A DNA stretch of 37,879 bases from Patescibacteria group bacterium (lineage in GTDB: Bacteria; Acidobacteriota; Polarisedimenticolia; JACPZX01; DASXTC01). A program made the position numbers and the translations under genes. Positions 21,895 to 30,472 of the stretch are shown in pieces; position 1 is the first letter of the stretch; each line of letters opens with the position of its first letter. The DNA lies in assembly GCA_035646975.1 (NCBI GenBank), contig DASROJ010000210.1, forward strand, positions 1 to 37,879. The letters are read 5' to 3'. Below the pieces are notes generated by a model, which worked only from the letters and a program-made list of their open reading frames with translations, was not told the origin of the DNA and made no database searches.

Positions 21895-22397
21895 ACTTTC
21901 TTCCTTGCCAGGACGACCGCGCCGATCATCGCCACCAGCAGCAGCACCGAGGCGATTTCGAACGGCAGCATGTATCGCTGGTAGAGCAGCAGCCCCACGG
22001 TTTCGATGTTGCCCCCGCCTGACGCCAGCGGCTGGATGCCGTCGCCCGTCTCCGGCCCCTTCGCCGCGGCGAAAAAAGAGATGAGGCTGGCGGCCAGCAG
22101 GCCGGCCAGCAGCAGCGAGCCGGCCACGTGCCTCACCGGCGGCCGCAGCTGGCGTGCCTCCAGCGGCACCAGCATGATCACGAAGAGGAACAGCACCATG
22201 ATGCCGCCCGCGTACACCAGCACCTGCACCGCCGCGAGGAACTCGGCCGACAGGATGACGTAGATCCCCGCCACGCAGAAGAAGGTCAGCACGAGAAAAA
22301 GCGCCGCATGGACGGCGCTGCGCCGCGTGATGACCATCACGGCGGACACCACCGCCAGCGAAGCCAGCACGTAGAAAACCATCGCGCCTGGAGCCAA
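21891..22397 (-). CDS. nuoJ: NADH-quinone oxidoreductase subunit J
   Basis: SAVHAALFL, AEFLAAVQVLVYAGGIMVLFLFVIML, LPFEIASVLLLVAMIGA. Start is TTG 22397 or ATG 22382. Confidence 0.93.
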   Translation of the reverse strand: MAPGAMVFYVLASLAVVSAVMVITRRSAVHAALFLVLTFFCVAGIYVILSAEFLAAVQVLVYAGGIMVLFLFVIMLVPLEARQLRPPVRHVAGSLLLAGLLAASLISFFAAAKGPETGDGIQPLASGGGNIETVGLLLYQRYMLPFEIASVLLLVAMIGAVVLARKKV

Positions 22398-22412
22398 CCC
22401 CCGTCCCCCCCT

Positions 22413-22898
22413 CTACTTGTCGTACTTCTTGAGCGGATGCCCTTCGTACAGCCGTTCCTTGCCTGTGATGAACTCGACCCGCGAATAATCCGACAGCTCG
22501 TAGTCATGACTCATGTAGATGGCCGTGATCGGCTTGGTCGGACACGGATCCACGCACAGCCCGCAGAAACAGCAACGCTCGTAGTCGATGGTGAACGACT
22601 TCGGATACTTGCCCTTTCCGGAGGGACGCTTGTCCACCACGATGCTGATGCAATTGTCCGGGCAGATCTGCTCGCACAGCAGGCAGCCGACGCACATCTC
22701 TTCGCCGTTTTCGGGATCACGCCGCAGCCTCGGCACTCCGCGAAACCGCGGATGAAGGTCGGGCGTCTCTCTCGGATATTCGAGCGTGATGTGCGGGCGG
22801 AACTGGTTCTTCAGCGTGATGACCATCCCCTGGATCATCTCGTAGGGAAAGATGCTCTTGATGAACGCCATGCCTTTCGTCATGCTCGTCATGCTCAT
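22413..22898 (-). CDS. nuoI: NADH-quinone oxidoreductase subunit I
   Basis: Two ferredoxin motifs (CVGCLLCEQICP, CCFCGLCVDPCP); TLEYP and RFRG. Confidence 0.95.
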   Translation of the reverse strand: MSMTSMTKGMAFIKSIFPYEMIQGMVITLKNQFRPHITLEYPRETPDLHPRFRGVPRLRRDPENGEEMCVGCLLCEQICPDNCISIVVDKRPSGKGKYPKSFTIDYERCCFCGLCVDPCPTKPITAIYMSHDYELSDYSRVEFITGKERLYEGHPLKKYDK

Positions 22899-22908
22899 AA
22901 TGGTCGGA

Positions 22909-23976
22909 TCATCCCTGATGTCTCAGAACCAGCACGAGGCCCGTGAGAACGATGTTGGCCAGCGCCAGCGGAAGCAGCCATTTCCATCCCAGACGCATGA
23001 GCTGGTCATACCGGTATCGCGGGAACGTGCCGCGAAGCCAGATGTAAATGTACAGGATCACGAGCACCTTCAGTGAGAACCAGAAGATGCCGGACAGCGC
23101 CGGGTGCGCCCAGTTCAGAAAATCCAAGAAGCCCAGCGCCTCGATGTTGGGAAACGGGCGCAGCCAGCCGCCTAGCCACAGCGTGGTCGCCAGCGACGCC
23201 ACGACGATCATGTTGACGTACTCGGCCATCATGAAGAAGGCGAACTTCATTCCCGCGTATTCGGTCTGATAGCCGGCCACCAGCTCCGCCTCGGCTTCGG
23301 GAAGATCGAAAGGCAGCCGGTTGGTCTCGGCCACCGCCGAGATGAAGTAGCAGAACAGCCCCACCGCCTGGGGGATGAAGAACCAGAGCCGCGCGTTGCG
23401 CTGCGCCTCGACGATTCCCACCATGCTGGCGGTGCCCGAGAGCATCAGGACGCCGACGATGGAAAGACCCAGCGGCACCTCGTACGACACCATCTGCGCC
23501 GCGCTGCGCAGCGACCCCAGAAGGGAGTACTTGCTGTTGGACGACCAGCCCCCCAGGATGATCCCGTAGACACCCAGCGATGTGATCGACAGGATGTAGA
23601 GCACGCCGATGTTCACGTCGGTGATGAACGGTGTGAACGTGTAGCCGAACACCTCGAACGGCTGGGACGCGAACGGGAGCACGGCAAGCGCCGCGAAGGC
23701 CGGGATGACCGACATGATCGGCGCCAGAACGAAAAGGGCGCGGTCGGCGCCGTCGGGAACCAGGTCTTCCTTGATCAGAAGCTTTATTCCGTCGGCTATC
23801 GGCTGCAGCAGCCCGCTCGGGCCCACCCGCCGCGGCGCCAGCCTCAGCTGCATGAAGCCGAGGATCTTGCGCTCGAGCAGCGTCAGGTAGGCCACCATCC
23901 CCGAGACGACTCCCAGCACCACCGCGATCTTGATGGTCGGCACGACGACGTTCTGGATGACTTCGACGCTGTTCAT
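22909..23976 (-). CDS. nuoH: NADH-quinone oxidoreductase subunit H
   Basis: ERKILGFMQLR, GLLQPIADGIKLLIKE, LRSAAQMVSYE, AETNRLPFDLPEAEAELVAGY, PRYRYDQLM. Confidence 0.96.
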   Translation of the reverse strand: MNSVEVIQNVVVPTIKIAVVLGVVSGMVAYLTLLERKILGFMQLRLAPRRVGPSGLLQPIADGIKLLIKEDLVPDGADRALFVLAPIMSVIPAFAALAVLPFASQPFEVFGYTFTPFITDVNIGVLYILSITSLGVYGIILGGWSSNSKYSLLGSLRSAAQMVSYEVPLGLSIVGVLMLSGTASMVGIVEAQRNARLWFFIPQAVGLFCYFISAVAETNRLPFDLPEAEAELVAGYQTEYAGMKFAFFMMAEYVNMIVVASLATTLWLGGWLRPFPNIEALGFLDFLNWAHPALSGIFWFSLKVLVILYIYIWLRGTFPRYRYDQLMRLGWKWLLPLALANIVLTGLVLVLRHQG

Positions 23977-25073
23977 CGATCGCAGTCTCCCAGCACGATG
24001 TCGATGGTGCCGATCACCGCCACGATGTCCGCCACGAGCCCGCCCCTCGACATCACCCCGATGGCAGCCAGGTTCACGAACGAGGGGGCGCGGAAATGGC
24101 AGCGGTATGGCGTCTCACCGCCATCGCTGACGAGGTAGAACCCCTGCACGCCGCGCGGCCCTTCGACCTCGTGGTAGACCTCCCCGACCGGCGGCTTCAT
24201 CCTCGTCTTGAGCTTTGGAGCGCGGATTTCGCCTGCCGGCAGCTTGTCGAGCCCCTGGCGGATGATCCGCACGCTTTGCCGCATCTCCTCGAGGCGCACG
24301 AGATACCGGGCATAGGTGTCACAGTCGGTCTCGGTCGGGATGTCGAATTCGAGCTGGTCGTACGCGGCATAAGGCTCCGTCTTGCGCACGTCGTAGGCGA
24401 CACCCGATGCCCTGAGCATCGGGCCGGTGAGGCCCCAGTTGATGGCGTCCGTCGCGGAGATGTAGCCGACGCCCTTGGTGCGCTCGAGCCATATCCTGTT
24501 CTGCGACAGGAGCCCTTCGTACTCTTTCATGCGCGACGGAAGCAGGTCGATGAAGTGCCGGCACCCCTCGATCCACCCCGGCGGCAGATCATCGAGTATT
24601 CCGCCGACGCGGAACATGTTCGTGGTGAGACGCGCGCCGCAGAAAGCCTCGAACAGGTCGAGGATCATCTCCCTTTCGCGGAAGCAGTAGAAGAATACCG
24701 TCATCGCGCCGATGTCCAGCGCGTGCGTGCCCAGCCAGACGAGGTGGCTCGAGATCCGGTTGAGCTCGGCGATGATCGTGCGGATGTACCTGGCCCGCTC
24801 GGGCACTTCGATGCCCGAGAGCTTCTCCACCGCCTGGATATAGCCGAGGTTCTGTGACGCCGAGCCGACATAGTCGAGCCTGTCGCAAAGCGGTGGAACC
24901 ATCACGTAGATCTTGTGCTCGGAGAGCTTTTCCACACCCCGGTGCAGGTAGCCGATGACCGGCTTGACGTCGACGATCGTCTCGCCATCCAGGGTCAGCG
25001 CGAGTCTCAGCACCCCGTGAGTCGACGGGTGCTGCGGGCCCATGTTGATCTCCATCATCTCGGTGCGAAACAT
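23973..25073 (-). CDS. nuoD: NADH-quinone oxidoreductase subunit D
   Basis: NMGPQHPSTHGVLRL, GYLHRGVEK, DRLDY, ELNRISSHL, GPMLRASG, EGPRG, DIVLGDCDR; no NiFe CxxC motifs. Start set to ATG 25073. Confidence 0.95.
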   Translation of the reverse strand: MFRTEMMEINMGPQHPSTHGVLRLALTLDGETIVDVKPVIGYLHRGVEKLSEHKIYVMVPPLCDRLDYVGSASQNLGYIQAVEKLSGIEVPERARYIRTIIAELNRISSHLVWLGTHALDIGAMTVFFYCFREREMILDLFEAFCGARLTTNMFRVGGILDDLPPGWIEGCRHFIDLLPSRMKEYEGLLSQNRIWLERTKGVGYISATDAINWGLTGPMLRASGVAYDVRKTEPYAAYDQLEFDIPTETDCDTYARYLVRLEEMRQSVRIIRQGLDKLPAGEIRAPKLKTRMKPPVGEVYHEVEGPRGVQGFYLVSDGGETPYRCHFRAPSFVNLAAIGVMSRGGLVADIVAVIGTIDIVLGDCDR

Positions 25074-25099
25074 CGGCGTCCGTTCCTTCGGCTCGCGGC

Positions 25100-25699
25100 T
25101 CAGCGGAGCCGCATGTGCTGTTCGGGGAACCCTTCGAGCGGGTATTCCTTCCTCAGGGGATGGCCCTGCCACTCGTCGGGCAGGAGAATGCGGCGAAGGT
25201 CCGGGTGTCCTTCGAACGTCACGCCGAACAGATCGAAGATCTCGCGTTCATGCCAGTCGGCGGCGTTGTACACCGCCGTGGCCGACGGGACCGCCTCCCC
25301 TTCTCCGACCTGGACCTTGAGCCGGAGACGATGGTTCTTCGGGATCGAGTAAAGGTGATAGACCACGTCGAACCGCTTGCCGCGTTTCGGATAGTCGGCC
25401 GCGGTCTGGTCGGCGAGCAGATCGAAGGCGGTTCGCGGGTCGTCGTGCAGGTACCTCAGGATCGCGACAATCTTCTCACGCGGCACCACGGCGGTCACTT
25501 CATCCGCGTAATAGCCCACCTCGAGCAGGTCACCGGGGAAGGCCTCCTTCAGCGCGTCGAGCGCGGGCGAGGCGACGCTTCGGCGCAGCTTTTCCTCCAC
25601 CGGATCGATCCTGGGCTTGGCCGGCGTGGCCGGCGGCTTTGGCGACGATGCGGCGGGAGGAGCCGGCGGGCTCTTTGGTTCCTCAGGCGTGTCTGTCAT
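25100..25699 (-). CDS. nuoC: NADH-quinone oxidoreductase subunit C
   Basis: RFDVVYHLYS, ADWHEREIFDLFGVTFEGHPDLRRILLP, GHPLRKEYP; Pro-rich N-terminal extension. Confidence 0.95.
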   Translation of the reverse strand: MTDTPEEPKSPPAPPAASSPKPPATPAKPRIDPVEEKLRRSVASPALDALKEAFPGDLLEVGYYADEVTAVVPREKIVAILRYLHDDPRTAFDLLADQTAADYPKRGKRFDVVYHLYSIPKNHRLRLKVQVGEGEAVPSATAVYNAADWHEREIFDLFGVTFEGHPDLRRILLPDEWQGHPLRKEYPLEGFPEQHMRLR

Positions 25700-25705
25700 C
25701 GACCG

Positions 25706-26059
25706 TCACACCCATTCGAGCGCATCCTTCTTCCAGGCATAGAAATAGCCCAGAACCAGGATGGCGATGAAGATGAGCATCTCGATGAAGCCGAACACGC
25801 CGAGCGCGTTGAACCGGACGGCCCAGGGGAACAGGAAGATCACCTCGACGTCGAACACCACGAACAGGACGGCGATGATGTAGTACTTGACCGAGTAGCG
25901 CCCCCGCGCCTCCCCTTCGGCTTCCACGCCGCACTCGTAGGCGGACGACTTGATGACCGCGTAGTTGGAGGGCCGCACCACTCTGGCGAGCAGCAGCGTG
26001 GCAAGCGGAAACGCCGTGGCCACCAGAATGAAAATGAGGATCGGGATGTAGCTTGCCAC
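25706..26059 (-). CDS. nuoA: NADH-quinone oxidoreductase subunit A
   Basis: KSSAYECG, YYIIAVLFVVFDVEVIFLFPWA, YAWKKDALEW. Confidence 0.95.
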   Translation of the reverse strand: MASYIPILIFILVATAFPLATLLLARVVRPSNYAVIKSSAYECGVEAEGEARGRYSVKYYIIAVLFVVFDVEVIFLFPWAVRFNALGVFGFIEMLIFIAILVLGYFYAWKKDALEWV

Positions 26060-26202
26060 CTAGAGACCCACCTAGTGACTCCGTCCAGTTCCTGTAGCGC
26101 CGGGCCGCCCCCCCGGGGCGGACACAGATGTCCGGCTGCTCGCGAGACCTGTACAGGGGATGATTGAGAGTCAGACCCGCGCTCCAGCACGGCTGGCGGG
26201 GT

Positions 26203-26232
26203 AACCTACCATAGTGGTTTTGGAGAGGTCAA
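26203..26232 (-). promoter_or_regulatory. Putative sigma70 promoter of the nuo operon
   Basis: Minus strand TTGACC-N18-TAGGTT with TG at the extended -10 position. Confidence 0.5.
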
Positions 26233-26258
26233 GAATTCAGGGGGGTCTTCGTCGCCGA

Positions 26259-26954
26259 TCAGAGGGCCTTGCGCGAACGGCTGTCCATGCGCATGACGAC
26301 CCGCTCGGCGTACGAGGACGGGAAGTTGGCCGCGGTGGTTTCAATCTCGCCGCTGGCCTGCATCTTCTGAACGTATCCCGGGCCCTTGTTGTAGGCGGTC
26401 AGCGCGAGATTGACGTTGTCGTCGAACGTGTCCATCAGCTGCTTGAGGTAGTAGGCGCCCAGCGCGATGTTGGTGCGGGGATCCAGCAACCGGGCATCAC
26501 CGCCCCATTCGAGATCCAGCTGGGCCGCCAGGTCTTCCGCGGTCGATGGCAGCAGCTGCATCAGGCCGATGGCTCCCTTTTCCGAGACCGCGTCGGTTCG
26601 AAACCGGCTCTCCGAGAAGATGACGGCCAGGAGCAGACGCGGGTCGATTTCCTGGCGCCGGCTTTCCTCGGCCACCGACTGGGCAATGGCCCGGAGCTGC
26701 CCTGCCGGCAAGCGCACGCCGTTGTGATTCAGGAACTCGGCAACCATCAAGGCGGTGGCGGCCTCAGGCCCACGGACGATCGGAACTTCCGCAACCAACC
26801 GCCAGGGGTCCTCGGGGGCCCAGGCCGGGGTGCCGACGAGAGTGGCGAGAACCGCGGTCAGTCCGAGCAGGCAAAGGCAGGTTCCCTGCCGCAGCCAGCG
26901 TCTCAGCCTTCGGACTCGCCTGGTCATCTTGGTCGACTTCGTCGTCGATCTCAT
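26259..26954 (-). CDS. Lytic transglycosylase, SLT domain, with N-terminal membrane anchor/signal
   Basis: VIFSESRF (catalytic Glu), GAIGLMQL, ALTAYNKG. ATG 26954 follows AGGAGG. Confidence 0.9.
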   Translation of the reverse strand: MRSTTKSTKMTRRVRRLRRWLRQGTCLCLLGLTAVLATLVGTPAWAPEDPWRLVAEVPIVRGPEAATALMVAEFLNHNGVRLPAGQLRAIAQSVAEESRRQEIDPRLLLAVIFSESRFRTDAVSEKGAIGLMQLLPSTAEDLAAQLDLEWGGDARLLDPRTNIALGAYYLKQLMDTFDDNVNLALTAYNKGPGYVQKMQASGEIETTAANFPSSYAERVVMRMDSRSRKAL

Positions 26955-27024
26955 CGTGAACCTCCTGGGCACCAGACAACCGCCTTTTCGAATCCGTCTT
27001 CCAGAAGCTGTCGGGTGTGCAGGG

Positions 27025-27054
27025 ATGATAGGCAAACAGGCAGGAAGCGGTCAA
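27025..27054 (-). promoter_or_regulatory. Putative sigma70 promoter for the lytic transglycosylase
   Basis: Minus strand TTGACC-N18-TATCAT. Confidence 0.6.
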
Positions 27055-27066
27055 GCGATAAAACCG

Positions 27067-27093
27067 TACCCGGGGCGGCAAACCGCCCGGGTA
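27067..27093 (-). terminator. Hairpin, candidate intrinsic terminator after DUF192
   Basis: TACCCG(G)GGCGG-CAAA-CCGCCCGGGTA, an 11-bp stem with one bulge; CGGTTTT follows on the minus strand. Confidence 0.45.
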
Positions 27094-27240
27094 TTGGACT
27101 TAAGTTACTGTGTTACAACGACTTGCTGAACTATGGCACCGGATTGATTCGCGGCCGATAGCCGGGGTTTGTTGTTGCTGCGTGTTCCATTTGTGGTGGA
27201 TTCTGTGGGGCCAGACCCATCCGGTTGTGGGTGGAGAGCC

Positions 27241-27717
27241 TCAGGGCCTGGGCGCGGAGGGAGTAAAGATGATGTGGTCTCCCAGCTTGATTCCTTCCTT
27301 GCCGGACAGCCCTGCCTGGACTTCGAGGACGTAAAGCGCGGCCTGCATCGGCTGATAGTTCGGGCAGGGGTCTTCCCGGCAGGGGGGCAGGTTTTTCTCG
27401 ATGTGGACTACCCGCCAGTGCTCGTCCAGCCAGAGGATATCCAGCGCGATGCGGCAGTTCTTCATCCAGAAGGGGTGAAAATCGATCTGTTCCATGAAGA
27501 ACACCATCCCCTCCTTGTCGGTGATGCTGTCGCGGTACATGTAGCCGCGCTCCCGGGTTTCGGGCGTATCGGCGACCTCCACCACCAGGACATGCCCCGA
27601 GGGCAGAGTGACCTGTCCGCGAGGGGTGGCGGCATGGGCCCCTGCCCGGACAAGCCCGGACACAACAAGCAGACTCAGAAGCAGTGTGGTCACCATTGGG
27701 GTGGTCAACCTGGGCAT
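27241..27717 (-). CDS. DUF192 family exported protein
   Basis: VEVADTPETRERGYMYR, GMVF, FWMKNCRIALDILWLD, YVLEVQAG, IKLGD; signal peptide. ATG 27717 follows AGGAG. Confidence 0.88.
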   Translation of the reverse strand: MPRLTTPMVTTLLLSLLVVSGLVRAGAHAATPRGQVTLPSGHVLVVEVADTPETRERGYMYRDSITDKEGMVFFMEQIDFHPFWMKNCRIALDILWLDEHWRVVHIEKNLPPCREDPCPNYQPMQAALYVLEVQAGLSGKEGIKLGDHIIFTPSAPRP

Positions 27718-27819
27718 CGATTCTCCTGATGATGCGCCGGCGGCCGGCAATTCCCACATGATAGCCGTTGCCGCCGGGGTCGCACCAGCAAATGCGGCCG
27801 TCGGCGATACTCAAAGGAA

Positions 27820-27849
27820 TTGACACCCGCCGTCGACCCGACCTACCAT
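27820..27849 (+). promoter_or_regulatory. Putative sigma70 promoter for the HEAT-repeat gene
   Basis: TTGACA-N18-TACCAT. Confidence 0.6.
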
Positions 27850-27906
27850 GCCCGGGCTTCACATTTTCTTCCTCCGGAGCGTGCGTCCCTTTCAGGCAAC
27901 TGAGTC

Positions 27907-29247
27907 ATGGATGAGATCACTCGTCTTGTCGACCTCCTTGGCGGAGGTGACGCCGCGGAAGATGAGCAGGTCCTGGCCCTGCTGTCCCTGCATGGCCGCA
28001 AGTCCGTCGAAGCCCTTCTCGGGGCTGCATCGGCGGCCGAAGCAAGCCGTCGGGCCGCCGCGATCACCGCACTTGGCCGCATCGGGGACCATCGGGCACG
28101 GCGCACCCTGACCCTGGCGCTGGCCGACCGCAACGCTTCGGTAAGGGCGGCCGCCGCCACGGCGCTCTCGGCCTACCCCACCGAGCAGACTGTCACGAGG
28201 CTGCGCGGAATGCTGGAAAGAGAAACCGAAGCGGAAGTGCGGCTGCGCGCCACGGCCACGCTCGTCGACCTGTTCAATTGCGGCACCGTTGAGGCGCTCG
28301 ACCCGCTGCTTTCCCTGGCGCAGGACATCAACGAGGATCGCCGGGTCAGGCTCGAGGCTCTCAAGGTGCTTGCCTCTCTTCCTCCCAGCGAGGCGCAGGC
28401 GATCGCCGCGGGACTGATCTCCGACCGGGACTCGCGGCTCAGCTCGGCGGCGATCCGGTACACCGGCCGGCAGCCCGCAGGTGGCGCCAGCGGCGCCGAG
28501 ATCGCACTGGCCGAGCTCGACTCGCCCGACTACTTCACCTACCGTCGGGCCGCGAGCCTGCTCGCCTCGTTGGGCGAGCCGGCCATCCCGACCCTCGTGA
28601 ATGCTCTCAAGGGCCGCTCCAGCGACGCCGCAGCATGCGCACGTATTGCTTCGGTGCTGCGGGAGGTGGCTCGCGGGCGAGAGCGCAGCCTGGCGCGATG
28701 CCTCGACGAAGTCGATGAAATCGTCCCTCTGGGATTGCTCGTGGACATCATCGGCGAATCGCGCGATCGCACGGCGCTGTACCATCTCAAGGGAGTCATC
28801 GACAGGCTGGCCGGGTCGGATCCCCTCGTCGGCGCCGACACGGAATTGCCGGCCCGGCAGATGATCACCGCGAAAGCCCACTACTACCTCGCGCGGGCCG
28901 GCAGCCGGGTGGCGTTCGGCAGTTTGAAAGCTCTGTTGTGCCGGCAGGACGCCCCCCTGATGGGCGAGGTGCTGATGGCGGTGGAGGCGATCGGAGGCCG
29001 CGAGGAGCTCATCGATCTCCTGTCCCACTATGGCCGCGAGCAGGGCTGGATGAGGGATCGCATCCGCGAATCGTTCCGGCGGCTGATGAAAGCGGCGCGA
29101 GTGCCGGCGGACGATCGGATTTTCTCCCGCCTCGATGACCAGCGGGCGGTCTGGCTGCACGAGATACTCAGCTCGCAGGAGCCTCGCGGCGTGCCGGGCT
29201 TCCCCGCGCCGCAAAGACGCAGGCCGCGCCGCGTTGACAGTGCCTGA
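27907..29247 (+). CDS. HEAT/PBS-lyase-like repeat protein
   Basis: Repeated RRAAAITALGRIGD / VRAAAATALS / VRLRATATL / VRLEALKVL units; alpha-helical composition throughout. Confidence 0.8.
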   Translation: MDEITRLVDLLGGGDAAEDEQVLALLSLHGRKSVEALLGAASAAEASRRAAAITALGRIGDHRARRTLTLALADRNASVRAAAATALSAYPTEQTVTRLRGMLERETEAEVRLRATATLVDLFNCGTVEALDPLLSLAQDINEDRRVRLEALKVLASLPPSEAQAIAAGLISDRDSRLSSAAIRYTGRQPAGGASGAEIALAELDSPDYFTYRRAASLLASLGEPAIPTLVNALKGRSSDAAACARIASVLREVARGRERSLARCLDEVDEIVPLGLLVDIIGESRDRTALYHLKGVIDRLAGSDPLVGADTELPARQMITAKAHYYLARAGSRVAFGSLKALLCRQDAPLMGEVLMAVEAIGGREELIDLLSHYGREQGWMRDRIRESFRRLMKAARVPADDRIFSRLDDQRAVWLHEILSSQEPRGVPGFPAPQRRRPRRVDSA

Positions 29248-29263
29248 GACCCACCCGTATAAT
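29234..29263 (+). promoter_or_regulatory. Perfect-consensus sigma70 promoter for pgk-tpiA, inside the 3' end of the HEAT gene
   Basis: TTGACA-N18-TATAAT, with the ATG 9 nt downstream. Confidence 0.8.
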
Positions 29264-29272
29264 CGGCGACCC

Positions 29273-30472
29273 ATGAAAAAGCTCTCGGTGAAGAACCTCG
29301 AAGTGCGCGGCAAGCGCGTCTTCGTGCGGGTCGACTTCAACGTGCCCCTGTCCTCCGAGGGCCGGCTGGTCTCGGTTGCCGACGATCGGCGCATCGTCGA
29401 GAGCCTGCCGACGATCAAGCACATCCTCGATCAGGGCGGTTCGATCGTCGCCGCGTCGCACCTGGGCCGGCCGAAGGGAAAGGTCGATGCGAAGCAATCG
29501 CTTTCTCCCGTGGCCCGCAGGCTCGCCGAGCTGCTCGGCAGGCCGGTGGCGTTTGCACCCGATTGCATCGGCCCGGACCCGGCTGCCATCGCCGCGAACA
29601 TGAAGCCAGGCGATGTCCTGCTGCTGGAGAACCTGCGCTTCCACAAGGAAGAAGAAGCAGACGACGAGGCATTCGCCGCCGAGCTGGCGACCCTCGCCGA
29701 TGTCTACGTGAATGACGCCTTCGGCTCGGCGCACCGCGCTCACGCTTCGGTGCATGCCATCACACGCCATTTCAGTCAGGCGGCCGCGGGGCTGCTGATG
29801 GACAAGGAGCTGGTCAGCCTCGGCAGGCTGCTGACGGACCCGGCACGCCCCTTCGTGGTGGTGGTGGGAGGCGCGAAGGTCAGCGACAAGCTCGACCTTC
29901 TCGAGCACCTGATCGAGCGCTGCAATACGCTGATCGTGGGCGGGGCCATGGCCTTCACGTTTCTGAAGGCTCTGGGCCACGAGATCGGCTCGTCCCTGGC
30001 CGACCCCGAAAAGGAGATGGAAGCCCGCGACCTGATGACGCTGGCCGCCGTCAAGGGAGTCTCCTTCCTCCTGCCGGAAGACCACATGGAATCCAGGGCG
30101 GGAAGTGGCGAGGCTGGCCGGCCGACCAGGGGGCCGGCGGTTTCGCCCGGATACATGGGGCTCGATATCGGACCGAAGAGCATCGCCGCCTTCAAGCTCG
30201 AGATCGCCAAAGGGAAGACCATTCTCTGGAACGGCCCGATGGGCAAGTTCGAGGACCGTGGATTCGGCGCCGGCACCGAGGCGATCGCGCGCGCCATCGG
30301 CGCCGCCAATGCGTTCACGGTGGTGGGCGGCGGTGATTCAGCGGCAGCGGTCAAGAAGTTCGGGCTGGAGTCCTCCTACTCCCACATCTCCACGGGTGGC
30401 GGGGCCTCGCTCGAATACCTCTCCGGAAAGACGCTTCCCGGCGTTGCCGCGCTGACCGACGTCGCGCCGTGA
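29273..30472 (+). CDS. pgk: Phosphoglycerate kinase
   Basis: RVDFNVPL, SHLGRPKG, LLENLRF, YVNDAFGSAHRAHAS, GGAKVSDK, WNGPMG, GGGDS, HISTGGGASLE. Confidence 0.97.
   Translation: MKKLSVKNLEVRGKRVFVRVDFNVPLSSEGRLVSVADDRRIVESLPTIKHILDQGGSIVAASHLGRPKGKVDAKQSLSPVARRLAELLGRPVAFAPDCIGPDPAAIAANMKPGDVLLLENLRFHKEEEADDEAFAAELATLADVYVNDAFGSAHRAHASVHAITRHFSQAAAGLLMDKELVSLGRLLTDPARPFVVVVGGAKVSDKLDLLEHLIERCNTLIVGGAMAFTFLKALGHEIGSSLADPEKEMEARDLMTLAAVKGVSFLLPEDHMESRAGSGEAGRPTRGPAVSPGYMGLDIGPKSIAAFKLEIAKGKTILWNGPMGKFEDRGFGAGTEAIARAIGAANAFTVVGGGDSAAAVKKFGLESSYSHISTGGGASLEYLSGKTLPGVAALTDVAP

Noticed and set aside
23973-25699. Group 4 [NiFe]-hydrogenase rather than complex I
   Set aside because: The large subunit lacks both CxxC Ni-binding motifs and keeps the quinone-site His and Tyr.
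27067-27093. c-di-GMP-I riboswitch (GGCAAACC) upstream of the lytic transglycosylase
   Set aside because: The motif is on the wrong strand, the GAAA...GGGACGCAAAG part is missing, and it lies upstream of the predicted promoter. It is better explained as a terminator.
27134-27148. Sigma54-like TGGCAC...TTG
   Set aside because: The spacing is one base short, the -12 GC is absent, and it points at no gene.
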